Of a stretch of 64,000 nucleotides of DNA, positions 33,494-43,408 are shown piece by piece. The first letter of the stretch is position 1. Each line of letters begins with the position of its first letter. The notes beneath the pieces are model-generated. The model ran no database searches. It saw only the letters and a program-made list of their open reading frames with translations, and was not told the DNA's origin. Source of the DNA: Candidatus Latescibacterota bacterium (GTDB lineage Bacteria; Latescibacterota; UBA2968; UBA8231). The stretch spans positions 1,216,001 through 1,280,000 of the forward strand of contig OZ242318.1 in NCBI GenBank assembly GCA_965208105.1, read 5' to 3'. The position numbers were made by a program, and so were the translations under genes.

Positions 33494-35314
33494 CTATCTC
33501 CACAGCATCAACGGCGCAACCTCCGGCACCGTGCCCGGGACCGCCTCTCCTTCCCTGTACGGGGTAAGGAGTATCGCGATGCGCCCTCTCTTCAGCCGGT
33601 CCAGGCGCAGTGCCAGCTTGCGCACCCCGGGTTGCTGCTTCTGCGGCTCCGGCGCATCGCTTCCCTCCACCTCGAAGAAAACCCCCTCGGGCTCGAGGAT
33701 GCGCGCCTGCAGACGGGCATCCCCCTGAACCAGGGTGGCCTCCCTCCCTGCGGTCTCGATCTCCGCCTCGGTGAGCATTCCCCAGTGCACCTCGGCGCAG
33801 GCCTCCAGGTGGACCTCGTCCTGGACCAGGACCTGCCGCCGCTGCCGCAGCGCAACGCCGCGCCACACCCGCCGCGCACCCTTGTAGGCCTCGGTCAAAT
33901 CCGCGATGGCGAAGGCATCCCCGGAGGTCGAAGCGAAGCGCAGGATGGTCGTTCTCGCGGTGGGGTTCTGAAAGGTATTGCCGATCACAAGGGTATTGTG
34001 GCTCCGGGTTCCCAATCGGTAGATCTCCCAGCGCTCCTTCACCCGGCCGCTGTGCAGGAGGAAATCGCGGATTTCGTACTCTTCCATCCCCAGGTCGAGG
34101 GCCCAGCGCCATCCCAGGGCGTCCAGCACGAAGCTTCCCAGGTCCATGTGTCCGTGGCTGACGCCGCCCTCGCCGCCCTTGAACCCCACGAAAATGGCGT
34201 TCCCGTCATCCCATCCACTGCGGAAACAGGCGACCTCGACCTTGCGGAATAGGGCGTCCAGGGGCAGCTCCGGCGCCTCCCCGCCATTGGCTTCGAACCA
34301 CAGCAGATCCTGCGCCAGGGCTCCTTCGTTGCGCGGCAGTCCCTTGGGGTCCAGGTGATGGTCGTCCAACCACTGGAGCTGGTGCCGTGCATAGTGCGGC
34401 TTGTGGAACCTGCGCGCCAGCCAGAACATCTCCGGGGCTCCCCCCGCTTCCTCGTAGCCGTCGCCGTAGTTGAAGGTCTTGCCCAATGGTCCCACGGTGT
34501 GGATGCGGAAGTCTCCGCTGCAGTCGAATCCCGGCATGCCGGCCAGACCGAAGTCTTCGCCGAGAGCGGTCTCCAGGGACTGGAGGAAGTAAACCAGGTA
34601 GCGGGTGCCGTAGTGCCAGTACAGGATTCCTTCGTCCCATCCCCCGTCGGGAGCGTAGGTTTCCATTGCCCGGCGGAGGGATGCCAGGGCCCGGGCCAGG
34701 ACCTGCTCCGCCAGCTCCGGCTCTTCGTCGGCGACGGCGAGGGCCCCGATGCCGAGGCCTCCGTTGCACACCTGGTTCCAGTTGGTGCCGCGCATGGCGA
34801 AGTGGTGTTCTTCCCGGTAGGCCGCGACCCCCGCGGCCAGCCCCTTGGCGGCAATGGCACGGCGAACCGTGCTCCGGGTCTCCCCGTCCAGGCAGTGGTA
34901 GAGCCAGTCGTAGCCGATGCCCAGGGCATGGGTCATCTCGGCCGTATCGAGAAAATGAGCGGGATTCCAGTCGGGAAAGGCGGCGGCGGCCAGCATCTCA
35001 TCGGCGGCGCGGCGGGCGAAGCGCTCGTCCCCTTCCAGCCGGTAGACGAGCGCCAGGGTGTATATCCGCTCCAGGCAGAGCCGGCTCACGGGCAGGAGCA
35101 CCCACACCTTGTCGAGACTGCGGTCGGCGTAGCCCCCTCTGCCCACCAGCTTGAACTCGACGGCAGGCTCGTCCAGCAGGCGCAGCGCGGCGGCGTGCAG
35201 CCTGTCCCTGAGGGCTCGCGCCCGCTCGTCCTCCCCGACCAGCGTGCGCACCCGCTCCAGGTCCTCCTCCAAGGCAAGCAGGCGCGGATGGCCGCCTCGC
35301 AGTTTCTCGAACAT
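33494..35314 (-). CDS. Heparinase II/III-like polysaccharide lyase family protein
   Basis: HPRLL, WNPAHFLDTAEM, GYDWLY, NWNQVCNGG, DGGWDEG..YW.YG, SHGHMDLGSF and SHNTL. No signal peptide. Confidence 0.85.
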   Translation of the reverse strand: MFEKLRGGHPRLLALEEDLERVRTLVGEDERARALRDRLHAAALRLLDEPAVEFKLVGRGGYADRSLDKVWVLLPVSRLCLERIYTLALVYRLEGDERFARRAADEMLAAAAFPDWNPAHFLDTAEMTHALGIGYDWLYHCLDGETRSTVRRAIAAKGLAAGVAAYREEHHFAMRGTNWNQVCNGGLGIGALAVADEEPELAEQVLARALASLRRAMETYAPDGGWDEGILYWHYGTRYLVYFLQSLETALGEDFGLAGMPGFDCSGDFRIHTVGPLGKTFNYGDGYEEAGGAPEMFWLARRFHKPHYARHQLQWLDDHHLDPKGLPRNEGALAQDLLWFEANGGEAPELPLDALFRKVEVACFRSGWDDGNAIFVGFKGGEGGVSHGHMDLGSFVLDALGWRWALDLGMEEYEIRDFLLHSGRVKERWEIYRLGTRSHNTLVIGNTFQNPTARTTILRFASTSGDAFAIADLTEAYKGARRVWRGVALRQRRQVLVQDEVHLEACAEVHWGMLTEAEIETAGREATLVQGDARLQARILEPEGVFFEVEGSDAPEPQKQQPGVRKLALRLDRLKRGRIAILLTPYREGEAVPGTVPEVAPLMLWR

Positions 35315-35335
35315 GGGGCCTCTCCTCCTTCTTAG

Positions 35336-35495
35336 TGTCCCGTCGCAGAGACAGGTTGACGCAATTGGGCCGCCGAGGCGCCCGGCTCACAAGGCGCCTG
35401 AGCGAGTCGTACCAGTAGTGTACGGCGAGTGAAGGCAACGCCGTAAGCCGGGATGGATCGGCGGGAAAATGGCGACATATTTCTGCGACGGGACA
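35336..35495. mobile_element. 160-bp MITE-like palindromic element, copy 2
   Basis: Perfect 14-bp TIR TGTCCCGTCGCAGA / TCTGCGACGGGACA, flanked on both sides by CTTAG. About 89% identical to 8041-8200. Confidence 0.82.
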
Positions 35496-35502
35496 CTTAG
35501 GC

Positions 35503-36240
35503 TTACAGGTCCAGGAGACGGATCGCGTTCAGACCCAGAACCCTGCGCTTGGCATCCTCCGGGATGTCGGCGGTGACGATCCGTCCCAGTTGATAGCGCA
35601 CCTCCTGTTCGGGCATGTCCGAACCGAAGAGCACCCGGTCCGCTCCCGCCCCGTGGACCAGGTATTCGATGGTGCGGCTGTCGCCGAAGGAAGTGGAGAC
35701 CTCCAGATAGATGTTGGCGCAGGCCTGCGCCGCCGCCACGGCGTCGGCCTGGCCCAGGGGGCCGTTGCCCGCGTGGGCGATCACCCAGCGCACCCGGGGG
35801 AAACGCCGCGCCACGCCGATGTAGCGCCGCGGCTCGGGCCAGCGGTCGTGGTGGCTCATCACCACCAGGTCCCGCGCGTCGGCCCAGGAAAAGACCGGGT
35901 CGAACGCGGGATCGTCTATGGGCCTGCCCAGGTAGGCCGGATAGAGCTTGATGTACTTCATCCCCAGTCCGTCGATGCAGCGCTCCAACTCCGGAACCAT
36001 CTCCTCGGGGTAGTGGGGGTTGACGAAGCAGGAGCCGATGAAGCGGTCCGGATGGCGGTCCACCAACCGGGCCGTCATGTCGTTGCCGTAGCGGGCGTCC
36101 CCGTACCAGACGTTGAAGACACAGGCCCGATCGACGCCCGCCGCGTCCATGATCCGCAAAAAGCGGCCGGGGTCATCGTCCATGCGCAGGTAGCCGCAGC
36201 GGCCGACGTGGTTGTGGAAGTCGATGACGGGGGTATCCAT
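35503..36240 (-). CDS. Amidohydrolase family (amidohydro_2) protein with intact metal ligands
   Basis: IDFHNH, IKLYP, SHH, IAHAG and RVLFGSD. Confidence 0.87.
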   Translation of the reverse strand: MDTPVIDFHNHVGRCGYLRMDDDPGRFLRIMDAAGVDRACVFNVWYGDARYGNDMTARLVDRHPDRFIGSCFVNPHYPEEMVPELERCIDGLGMKYIKLYPAYLGRPIDDPAFDPVFSWADARDLVVMSHHDRWPEPRRYIGVARRFPRVRWVIAHAGNGPLGQADAVAAAQACANIYLEVSTSFGDSRTIEYLVHGAGADRVLFGSDMPEQEVRYQLGRIVTADIPEDAKRRVLGLNAIRLLDL

Positions 36241-36242
36241 TT

Positions 36243-37037
36243 TCACTCCTTTCCCAGGAGGAGGTCCAGGTTGGCGGAGCACACGGCGCGCAAATCGTCC
36301 TCGCTCAACCCGGACCGGTGCAGGCTGTAGAGCTGCGCCGCCATGGGCGAATCAGGGTACCTGGACCCGTAGATCACGCGCTCCACTCCCGCCGTTTCCA
36401 GGAGCAGGGAGATCCCGTCGGTGATGACGAAGCGCGAGATCTCCACGTAGATGTTGGGCAGGCTCCTGAGCAGGGGCAGAACCCAGGGAACGTGCCTTAT
36501 CTGCGCCTCGCACAGCACCACGCGGACACGGGGATGGGCCTTGAGGGTGTCGTGCAGCGCCTCCGGGTCCAGCTGGGTGGAGTCCAGGTCCTCCCGCCTC
36601 GCGGGAATGCCGTAGTTCACCGGCATCCAGACGGGAATGGCCTCCGCCGCCGCCCACTCCAGCCACGGTCCCACGACCCAGTCGCGGAAGGGGTAGTTGT
36701 GCATCTTCGGCAGCAGGCGTATGGAGCGCACCCCGTGCGCCGCGAGCTCCGCGGAGAACTCGTCCATTTGGTCGAAGGTGGGGTTGCAGGCGAACTGCGG
36801 CACCAGGCGCGGGAAGCCGGCGATGGACTCGAGCAGGTAGCTGTTGCCCTGGAGCGAATCGTAGGCCGCCGCGTGGGGCGCGTAGACCAGGGCGCGCTCT
36901 ACCCCCGTCCGGTCCATTTCGGCGATGGTAGCCGCCGCGGTATCCACGCTCTGGCGCCGGTTGTGCCTCCTTCCCAGGGCCACGTTGGCGTCGAAGACCG
37001 GCACCGCAGGCATGAAGTCCAGGTCTACCCGTCCCAT
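36243..37037 (-). CDS. Amidohydrolase-fold protein lacking metal ligands
   Basis: FDANVALG in place of D-x-H-x-H, and YGSRYP in place of FGSD. Confidence 0.75.
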   Translation of the reverse strand: MGRVDLDFMPAVPVFDANVALGRRHNRRQSVDTAAATIAEMDRTGVERALVYAPHAAAYDSLQGNSYLLESIAGFPRLVPQFACNPTFDQMDEFSAELAAHGVRSIRLLPKMHNYPFRDWVVGPWLEWAAAEAIPVWMPVNYGIPARREDLDSTQLDPEALHDTLKAHPRVRVVLCEAQIRHVPWVLPLLRSLPNIYVEISRFVITDGISLLLETAGVERVIYGSRYPDSPMAAQLYSLHRSGLSEDDLRAVCSANLDLLLGKE

Positions 37038-37885
37038 CGCTTTTCCCGGTAGTCCCTGAGCCAGCGCACACTCTCAGCGACCGCCGTCTCCTCATCCGGC
37101 CAGTCGGGATGCATGTTCGACATTTCGATCATCACCGGGCCGTCGAATCCGCCTTCCCTGAGCCGGTCCAGGGCGCCTTCGATGTCCATGGTCCCGCGCC
37201 CGAGTGGCGCGCTGGGCCAGGAAGCGAGGGGATTCCCCCTGGATTCCTCGAGAACCACCAGGTCTTTCAGGTGCACCATCCGGGTCAGCGGGGCGACGCG
37301 CTCCGCTCCCTGCAGCAGGTCGGCTCCGAGCCGGACGCAGTTGCCCAGATCGAAAACCGCGCCGAAGTTGTCCTCCCCCACCCGCTCGATCAAATCTCCG
37401 AGCTCGGGGGGGGTGAAATCCGCGTGATTCTCCAGGGCCAGCTCCACGCCCAGACCGGCGGCCCTTCCGCTCAGCCTGCGGAGGACGGGAACCAGGCGCC
37501 GGACCTGGTCCTCCACCGGCTCCCTGCCGCGATAGGTGGGATATCCGGCGACGATGCGCACCAGCCTGACTCCGCCGGCGGCGGCGAACTCGAGGAAGCG
37601 CCCGAGCTCCGCCTCCGCCTCGGTGGAGCCGCCCATCTTCAACCCGTCAGGATGACCCCACTCGAAGACCACCTCGCCGAAGCGGCCGTTTCTCTGCATC
37701 GACGCCGCAGCGGACAGTTCCTCCAGCGCGGCGAACGCCGTCTGGATCGAAACCCCATCCGCCCCCAGCTCTTCCGCCCGGTCGAGGAAATCCGCAAGGG
37801 TCCAGCGCACCCCCGGGTCCCTCTCCCAGGGCATGACCGCGCCGAAGAAACGGTGGTAGCTGAACTGGTTGATCCCGATCTTCAC
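37025..37885 (-). CDS. Sugar phosphate isomerase/epimerase (xylose isomerase-like TIM barrel)
   Basis: LALENH, FDLGN, VHLKD and VMIE. Confidence 0.87.
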   Translation of the reverse strand: MKIGINQFSYHRFFGAVMPWERDPGVRWTLADFLDRAEELGADGVSIQTAFAALEELSAAASMQRNGRFGEVVFEWGHPDGLKMGGSTEAEAELGRFLEFAAAGGVRLVRIVAGYPTYRGREPVEDQVRRLVPVLRRLSGRAAGLGVELALENHADFTPPELGDLIERVGEDNFGAVFDLGNCVRLGADLLQGAERVAPLTRMVHLKDLVVLEESRGNPLASWPSAPLGRGTMDIEGALDRLREGGFDGPVMIEMSNMHPDWPDEETAVAESVRWLRDYREKRWDG

Positions 37886-37894
37886 GAGCCAGGC

Positions 37895-39433
37895 TCAAGC
37901 GAGGTAGACCGCGAAGAGCCGGGGGTCTTCGCGCCGGATCCCCTCCCAGTCGACCCGCACCCGGACCGGGTGGCCGAACCCTTCCAGGACGTCCCGTTCG
38001 CGCCAGGTCACCTGCTGGCGCAGACCGGGCTGTTCGAGCCCGATGCAGTCTGCTTTCGAGTAGCCGGGAATGGGCCTGAACTGCTCGTCGAGCAGCTCGA
38101 CTTTCAGCCGGCCGTGCTGGTTCAGACGGTCGGCGTTGACGAATACCCTGGCCGCCCCGCCCTCGAGTGAAACGGGGCAGGAGATGCAGTGGGGTTCGTA
38201 GGCCCCTGCCGCCGAGCCGTAGTTGCGGCCGCAGGGCGAGAACCAGCCGAAGCGATCGCGCTCCCAGGTGGCGACCCACACCCCGGTCATGGACTTGGGG
38301 TTGTCCATGTGCCAGGTGGAGGCTTCCTCGCGCCAGACGCTGAACCAGTAGACGGAGCGGTCGCCGATGTTGGCCCAGGCATTGCGCTGCAGCAGGCGCG
38401 GCGCCGCGTAACCGCCCGCACCGGGCCCCTCCGGGCAGCGGATCTCGTAGGAGTGGACCATCTTGAAATCCGGTACGGGCTCGGTGTAGTGCATGGCGTC
38501 GTGGCTGACCGCGAAACCCAGGTCGAGCACCACGTCCCGGCGGTCGTTGGTGGAGCTGCGGTACTGCCCGTAGAGGCCGAGGAGAAGATTGCCCCGGTTC
38601 CACGTGGCCACTCCCTCGTGGATCTGCTCCCCCGAGTGCCCCTCGAAGGTTTCCGGGGCCCGGGGAGGAACGGGGTCGCGGCGCAGTCCCATGGCCGCGG
38701 CGTGGGTCCAGTGGACGAAATCGTAGGAGGCGAAGGTGACCACCAGGCGCTTGGATGCCTGCCTTATGGGATGAGGGATGGGGCGGTTCAATGATGAAGG
38801 TCCGCCCTGGCCGTTGACGTAGTAGCAATCCCCCCACTTCTGGATATTGCCCCCCTCGAGGCCGGTGGCGAAGATGTCGTCGCTTTCGGCCGCCCGCACC
38901 CAGTGCAGGCCGTCGGCGCTGAACGAGGCGCTCTGGCGCAGCGGTCCGGAGGTGGCGAAAATAGATTTGAAGCGCCTCGAGGGATCGGGGTCCCCGGGGT
39001 CGAAGAAAACCGAGCTGCCGCAGGGGCCGGCAACCCGGTTGTTGTCCTTGCCGCCCCTTTCTTCCACCAACCCAAGGCGCGGCCGCTCCCAGTTGAAGCC
39101 GTCCTTGGAAACGGCGTAGAGACCGGGCCGGCGGCGGCCATCGTCGTCGCCCCCTACGTACCACATGCGGAACTCGCCGTCCACCTGGTAGACGTGGGGG
39201 CAGATGATCTCGGTGGAATCCAGCGATCCCGGGGGACCGTAGGTCAGCACCGGGCCGTCAGGGTGGCGCTCGTCGAGGTCCACGCTGAGCCCGTGGTCCA
39301 TCTCGGCCTGGTTGGTGCGGCCGGCCTGCAGGCTCAGGTTGACGTCGCGCAGGAAGGGCATGCTGCCGCGGTCGAAGGGAAAGAGCACGGCCTCCCCGAT
39401 GGAAAAGGCTGGACTCGAGTTCAAGGCTCTCAT
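37895..39433 (-). CDS. Hypothetical glycoside hydrolase-like beta-propeller protein
   Basis: FRMWY, YAVSKDGFNWERP.LG, SADGLHW, SYDFVHW, and a C-terminal VNAD..VELLD..PIPGYS..DC sandwich. Tandem paralogue of 39451-40968. Confidence 0.7.
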   Translation of the reverse strand: MRALNSSPAFSIGEAVLFPFDRGSMPFLRDVNLSLQAGRTNQAEMDHGLSVDLDERHPDGPVLTYGPPGSLDSTEIICPHVYQVDGEFRMWYVGGDDDGRRRPGLYAVSKDGFNWERPRLGLVEERGGKDNNRVAGPCGSSVFFDPGDPDPSRRFKSIFATSGPLRQSASFSADGLHWVRAAESDDIFATGLEGGNIQKWGDCYYVNGQGGPSSLNRPIPHPIRQASKRLVVTFASYDFVHWTHAAAMGLRRDPVPPRAPETFEGHSGEQIHEGVATWNRGNLLLGLYGQYRSSTNDRRDVVLDLGFAVSHDAMHYTEPVPDFKMVHSYEIRCPEGPGAGGYAAPRLLQRNAWANIGDRSVYWFSVWREEASTWHMDNPKSMTGVWVATWERDRFGWFSPCGRNYGSAAGAYEPHCISCPVSLEGGAARVFVNADRLNQHGRLKVELLDEQFRPIPGYSKADCIGLEQPGLRQQVTWRERDVLEGFGHPVRVRVDWEGIRREDPRLFAVYLA

Positions 39434-39450
39434 TGCATCCTCCTCCCCCT

Positions 39451-40968
39451 CTAGTTGACGTACACGGCGAAGAGCCGGGCGTCCTCGGGACGCAGGCCCT
39501 CCCAGTTCACCCGCACGCGCACGGGATGATCGAATTTCCCCACCACCTCCCCGTGGCGCCAGCGCACCGGCTGGCGCAGGCCAGGATCACCCAGGACCAC
39601 GCAGTCCTCGCCGGAATAACCCGGAATGGGCATGAATTCACGGTTCAGCAGCTCGACCCTGAGCTGGCTGTGCGCCCCCACCCGGTCGGCGTTGACGAAG
39701 ATGCGGCGGCCATCGCCCTCCAGCTCGATGGGGCAGGAGATGCAGTGGGGTTCGTAGGTCCCCGCGCCCCAGTCCAGATCGGGACCGCAGGGTCTGAAGA
39801 ACCCCAGGCGGTCGCGCTCCCAGGTGGCCGCCCATACCCCGGTGAGGGCGACGGGATTGTTCTTGGCCCAGGTGGAGGCTTCCTCGCGCCAGACGCTGAA
39901 CCAGTAGACGGTGCGGTCTTCGATGTTGGCCCAGGCATTGCGCTGCACCAGGCGCGGCGCGGCGTAGCCTACCCCGCCGGGGCCCTGCAGCTCGTAGGAG
40001 TGGATCATCTTGAAATCGGGCACCGGCTCCTTGAACTCCAGGCCGTTGTGGCTCAGGGCTAATCCGAGATCGAGGACCACGTCGCGGCGGTCGTTGGTGG
40101 GACTGCGGTACTGGCCGTAGAGACTGAGCAGGACGTTGCCCCGGTCCCAGACCGCCATCCCTTCGTGGACCTGCTCGCCGGAGTGGCCTTCGAAGGTCTC
40201 CGGAGGCAGCGGCGGAACGGGGTCGCGGCGAAAGCTCAGGGCGGCGGCGTGGGTCCAGTTGACGAAATCGTAGGAGGCGTAGGTGATGACGATGCGCTTG
40301 GACGCCTGGGTGATGGGAGAGGGCACCGAGCGGTTCCACTCGGAAGGACCGCCCTGGCCGTTGACGTAATAGCATCCTCCCCACTTGAAGATGTGGCCGC
40401 ATTCCATGTCGATGCCGAAGAGCTTGCGGTCCGGACCGGAAGCCGTCCAGCGCAGGCCATCGGGGCTGAAAGCGGTGTTGGACCCGCATCCGGTGATGGT
40501 CTTGAAGCGGCGGCCGGGGTCGGGGTCGTCCGGTTCGTAGAGGATCCACTCGCCGCAGGGGCCCTGGACCAGGTTGTTGTCCGCGCTGCCGTCGACCTCC
40601 ACCAGACCGAGACCGGGCCGCTCCCAGTGAAAGCCGTCACCGGAAACGGCGTAGAGGCCGCACCGGCGCCGGTAGTTGTCGTCGGCCCCGATGTACCACA
40701 TGCGATACTCGCCGTCCACGTGGAACACGTTGGGGCATATCACCTCGGTAGAGTCCAGCGACCCCGGAGGCCCGGGGGAGAGCACCGGACCTGCCGGATG
40801 GCGCTCGTCCAGATCGAGGCTGAGCCCGTGTTCCATCTCCGCCTGGTTGGTGCGGCCGGCAACCAGGTTGGTGTGGAGGTCCCGGACGAATGGCATGCTG
40901 CACTCGTCGAAGGGAAACAGCACCACCTCGTTTAGGGAATCGGTCGGGCTGGAGTTCATGACCCGCAT
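39451..40968 (-). CDS. Hypothetical glycoside hydrolase-like beta-propeller protein
   Basis: Colinear with, and highly similar to, 37895-39433. Confidence 0.7.
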   Translation of the reverse strand: MRVMNSSPTDSLNEVVLFPFDECSMPFVRDLHTNLVAGRTNQAEMEHGLSLDLDERHPAGPVLSPGPPGSLDSTEVICPNVFHVDGEYRMWYIGADDNYRRRCGLYAVSGDGFHWERPGLGLVEVDGSADNNLVQGPCGEWILYEPDDPDPGRRFKTITGCGSNTAFSPDGLRWTASGPDRKLFGIDMECGHIFKWGGCYYVNGQGGPSEWNRSVPSPITQASKRIVITYASYDFVNWTHAAALSFRRDPVPPLPPETFEGHSGEQVHEGMAVWDRGNVLLSLYGQYRSPTNDRRDVVLDLGLALSHNGLEFKEPVPDFKMIHSYELQGPGGVGYAAPRLVQRNAWANIEDRTVYWFSVWREEASTWAKNNPVALTGVWAATWERDRLGFFRPCGPDLDWGAGTYEPHCISCPIELEGDGRRIFVNADRVGAHSQLRVELLNREFMPIPGYSGEDCVVLGDPGLRQPVRWRHGEVVGKFDHPVRVRVNWEGLRPEDARLFAVYVN

Positions 40969-41178
40969 CTACGGCATCTCCTCTCGGTGAACTGCCCGGA
41001 TCGCCTTGGGCGATATCCTCCGGATCAATCCTCCCCTCGGGGGAGGAGCCCTGCAAACAGGGCGCCGGCTTCCCAACCTGCGGCGCCCCTCCCGGTTTCA
41101 CGGGGCAGGGAAACTAACAACAATCCAGGCGCCGAACAATGCAACCCGGCAGGGACCGTCTCCATGTCCCCGCTTCAA

Positions 41179-41207
41179 TTGACTCCTCCGGGAGATTTTA
41201 CTATAAG
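41179..41207 (+). promoter_or_regulatory. Putative sigma70 promoter
   Basis: TTGACT-N17-TATAAG upstream of the cupin gene. Confidence 0.55.
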
Positions 41208-41266
41208 ACAAACCGACGCCCCCCATCCCTCATTCCACCGCGCCCATCGCTGAAAGGAATCCCGCT

Positions 41267-41647
41267 ATGAAGACCAACCAGGCCTTTGCCGCCCACATTA
41301 AAGACGCCGACTGGACCACGGGTTTTCGTCCCTACTTCCAGTACCGCGACCTTGGGATCAAGGACGCCACCGAGGGCCGGGTGATGGCCCAGGTAATCCG
41401 GGCTTCCCAGCCCTGTGGCGGCCCCATGGGCTACCACTCCCACGTCCTCGAGTTTCAGATGAACTATCTGCTCAGCGGCTGGGCCCTCCTCTTCTTCGAG
41501 GAGGTGGGCGAGGTCCGCGTGGAGGCCGGCGACGCCTGGTACCAGCCTCCCGGGGTCAAGCACGAGGTGCTGGAGTACTCTGAAGATTTCGAGACCATCG
41601 AGATCACCATGCCGGCCGACTTCCCCACCGTTGCCGAATCCCGCTAG
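41267..41647 (+). CDS. Cupin domain protein
   Basis: HSH..EFQ..Y...G and GDAWYQPPGVKH. Confidence 0.85.
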   Translation: MKTNQAFAAHIKDADWTTGFRPYFQYRDLGIKDATEGRVMAQVIRASQPCGGPMGYHSHVLEFQMNYLLSGWALLFFEEVGEVRVEAGDAWYQPPGVKHEVLEYSEDFETIEITMPADFPTVAESR

Positions 41648-41711
41648 TGTTCGCGTTTCTCCGTAACCGGCAGCCGCCCTCGCAATGGTCGGCCGCCGAG
41701 AAAGGGCTTCT

Positions 41712-42590
41712 ATGAAGGTCGGATTCATCGGCCTGGGAAACATGGGCAACCCCATGGCCGCCAATATCCTCGATGCCGGCCACGACCTGTGGGTGTACGA
41801 CCTTCGCCGCGGCGCGGGAAAAAACCTCGAAGCGTCCGGGGCGAGGTGGGCGGAAAGTGCCAGGGAGGCGGCGGCCCGGTCCCAGGTCGTGCTGTCCTCC
41901 CTGCCCGGTCCAAAGGAGGTCGAAGCAGCCGTTCTGGGTGAAGAGGGGATCTTCGCCGGCCTGAAGAAGGGCGGGACCTATATCGATACCAGCACGAATT
42001 CACCGACGGTCATGCGCAGAATCGCCGGAATCGGCGCTTCGAGGGAGCTCGACGTCCTCGACGCCCCGGTGAGCGGAGGTGTGATCGGCGCACAGGAGGG
42101 CACCCTCACCGTTTTCGTCGGCGGCACGAGGAGGAATTTCGAGAGCTTCAGGCCCCTTCTGCAAACCATCGGCGGCAATGTCGCCTACATGGGGCCGGCC
42201 GGCAGCGGCAACGTGACCAAGCTGGTGAACAACATGATGATGTTCATCAGCTTTCTGGGTGTGTGCGAAGGGATGGCCCTCGGCGCCAGGGCCGGAATCG
42301 ATCCGCAGATGCTGTTCGAGGTGATCAGGCCGAGCATGGGAAACAGCAGGATCCTGGAACGCACCATGGGGATGCTCCTGCAGGGCAAGGGGACCTCCTC
42401 CGCCATTCACCTCGCGGTGAAGGACATGGATCTGGGGGTCGAGCTGGGCAGGGAGATCGATGTTCCCCTGGAGGTGGGTCCGCAGGTCAAAACCATCCTC
42501 GCGCGCTTTCTCGACCAGGGGCTCGGGAACGAGGATATCACCGAGATCATCCGCCAGTTCATTCGGCGTTCGGGCATCGAGCTCGGGTGA
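41712..42590 (+). CDS. beta-hydroxyacid dehydrogenase (3-hydroxyisobutyrate / tartronate semialdehyde reductase family)
   Basis: GFIGLGNMG, DAPVSGG, KLVNN and KDM. Confidence 0.9.
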   Translation: MKVGFIGLGNMGNPMAANILDAGHDLWVYDLRRGAGKNLEASGARWAESAREAAARSQVVLSSLPGPKEVEAAVLGEEGIFAGLKKGGTYIDTSTNSPTVMRRIAGIGASRELDVLDAPVSGGVIGAQEGTLTVFVGGTRRNFESFRPLLQTIGGNVAYMGPAGSGNVTKLVNNMMMFISFLGVCEGMALGARAGIDPQMLFEVIRPSMGNSRILERTMGMLLQGKGTSSAIHLAVKDMDLGVELGREIDVPLEVGPQVKTILARFLDQGLGNEDITEIIRQFIRRSGIELG

Positions 42591-42604
42591 GGGGATGAGC
42601 GCAT

Positions 42605-43408
42605 TTACACCTTGATCTTCCGCTCGGCCAGCCCCGCAACCATGTTTCTCAGGCGCGGGCTCTCGCTGTCGAGAAACGCGGGGTGGGGCTCGAAGGCGGA
42701 TTCGGTGTAACGTTCCAGAGTGCGCAGATGGTCTTCGGTGGTGGGTCTGGCGGCAAATTTCAGGGCGATGTAGCAGCGGCCCTCCTCTCCCCCGAACATG
42801 GCGTGCCAGATGCAGTGGTTGAAGAGAATCACGTCTCCCGGGGTGGATTCGAGGGCGACGCTGGGGATGTCCGCCCCGGCCACGCCGAAAGGCCTGGAAT
42901 CCGGATCGATCTCCTGCGGTCCCAAGGCCTTGTGGAACGGCATCCTGTGCGACCCCGGGATGACGCGCATGCACCCCGTTTGCCTTGTCACCTCGTCGAG
43001 GTAGAGCATCACCTTCAACTGCGGATAGCCCATCCACCTCTCCTCGCCGCGGCGATAGTACTTGCGGTCGGAATGCCACTTCAGCTCGCTGTAGTAGGTG
43101 ACGTTGCCCTCTGATCCGACCCAGACGAAGCGGGGACCCAGCAAGGCTTCGACCCGGCGGTAGATGCGGTCGTCTTCCACCAGCCGGGCCAGCGGCTCAC
43201 TGCGCTCGACGAAGTAGGTCAGCCGGCGGTCCCCGTCCTTCACCGGCGCGGGATCCTCCCGCCATATTTCCTCTGCGGCATCTCTGACCGCCCTGATCTC
43301 GGCTGCCGAGAAAAGCCTGGGAAGAAATAGAAACCCGAAGGTATCGAAGTGCGCAGTCTCTTGCGGCGAGAGCATGTTACTCCCTCTGGGGGACCCGGCA
43401 GGGCTCAT
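42605..43408 (-). CDS. Phytanoyl-CoA dioxygenase (PhyH) family protein
   Basis: WHSD, VIPGSH and PGDVILFN..IWH. The start overlaps the DUF1080 stop (ATGA); an alternative start lies at 43375. Confidence 0.87.
   Translation of the reverse strand: MSPAGSPRGSNMLSPQETAHFDTFGFLFLPRLFSAAEIRAVRDAAEEIWREDPAPVKDGDRRLTYFVERSEPLARLVEDDRIYRRVEALLGPRFVWVGSEGNVTYYSELKWHSDRKYYRRGEERWMGYPQLKVMLYLDEVTRQTGCMRVIPGSHRMPFHKALGPQEIDPDSRPFGVAGADIPSVALESTPGDVILFNHCIWHAMFGGEEGRCYIALKFAARPTTEDHLRTLERYTESAFEPHPAFLDSESPRLRNMVAGLAERKIKV

Noticed and set aside
31391-34252. 953-aa plus-strand ORF, and 45117-47567 (816 aa)
   Set aside because: Each lies antisense across several motif-bearing genes and has no coherent domain.
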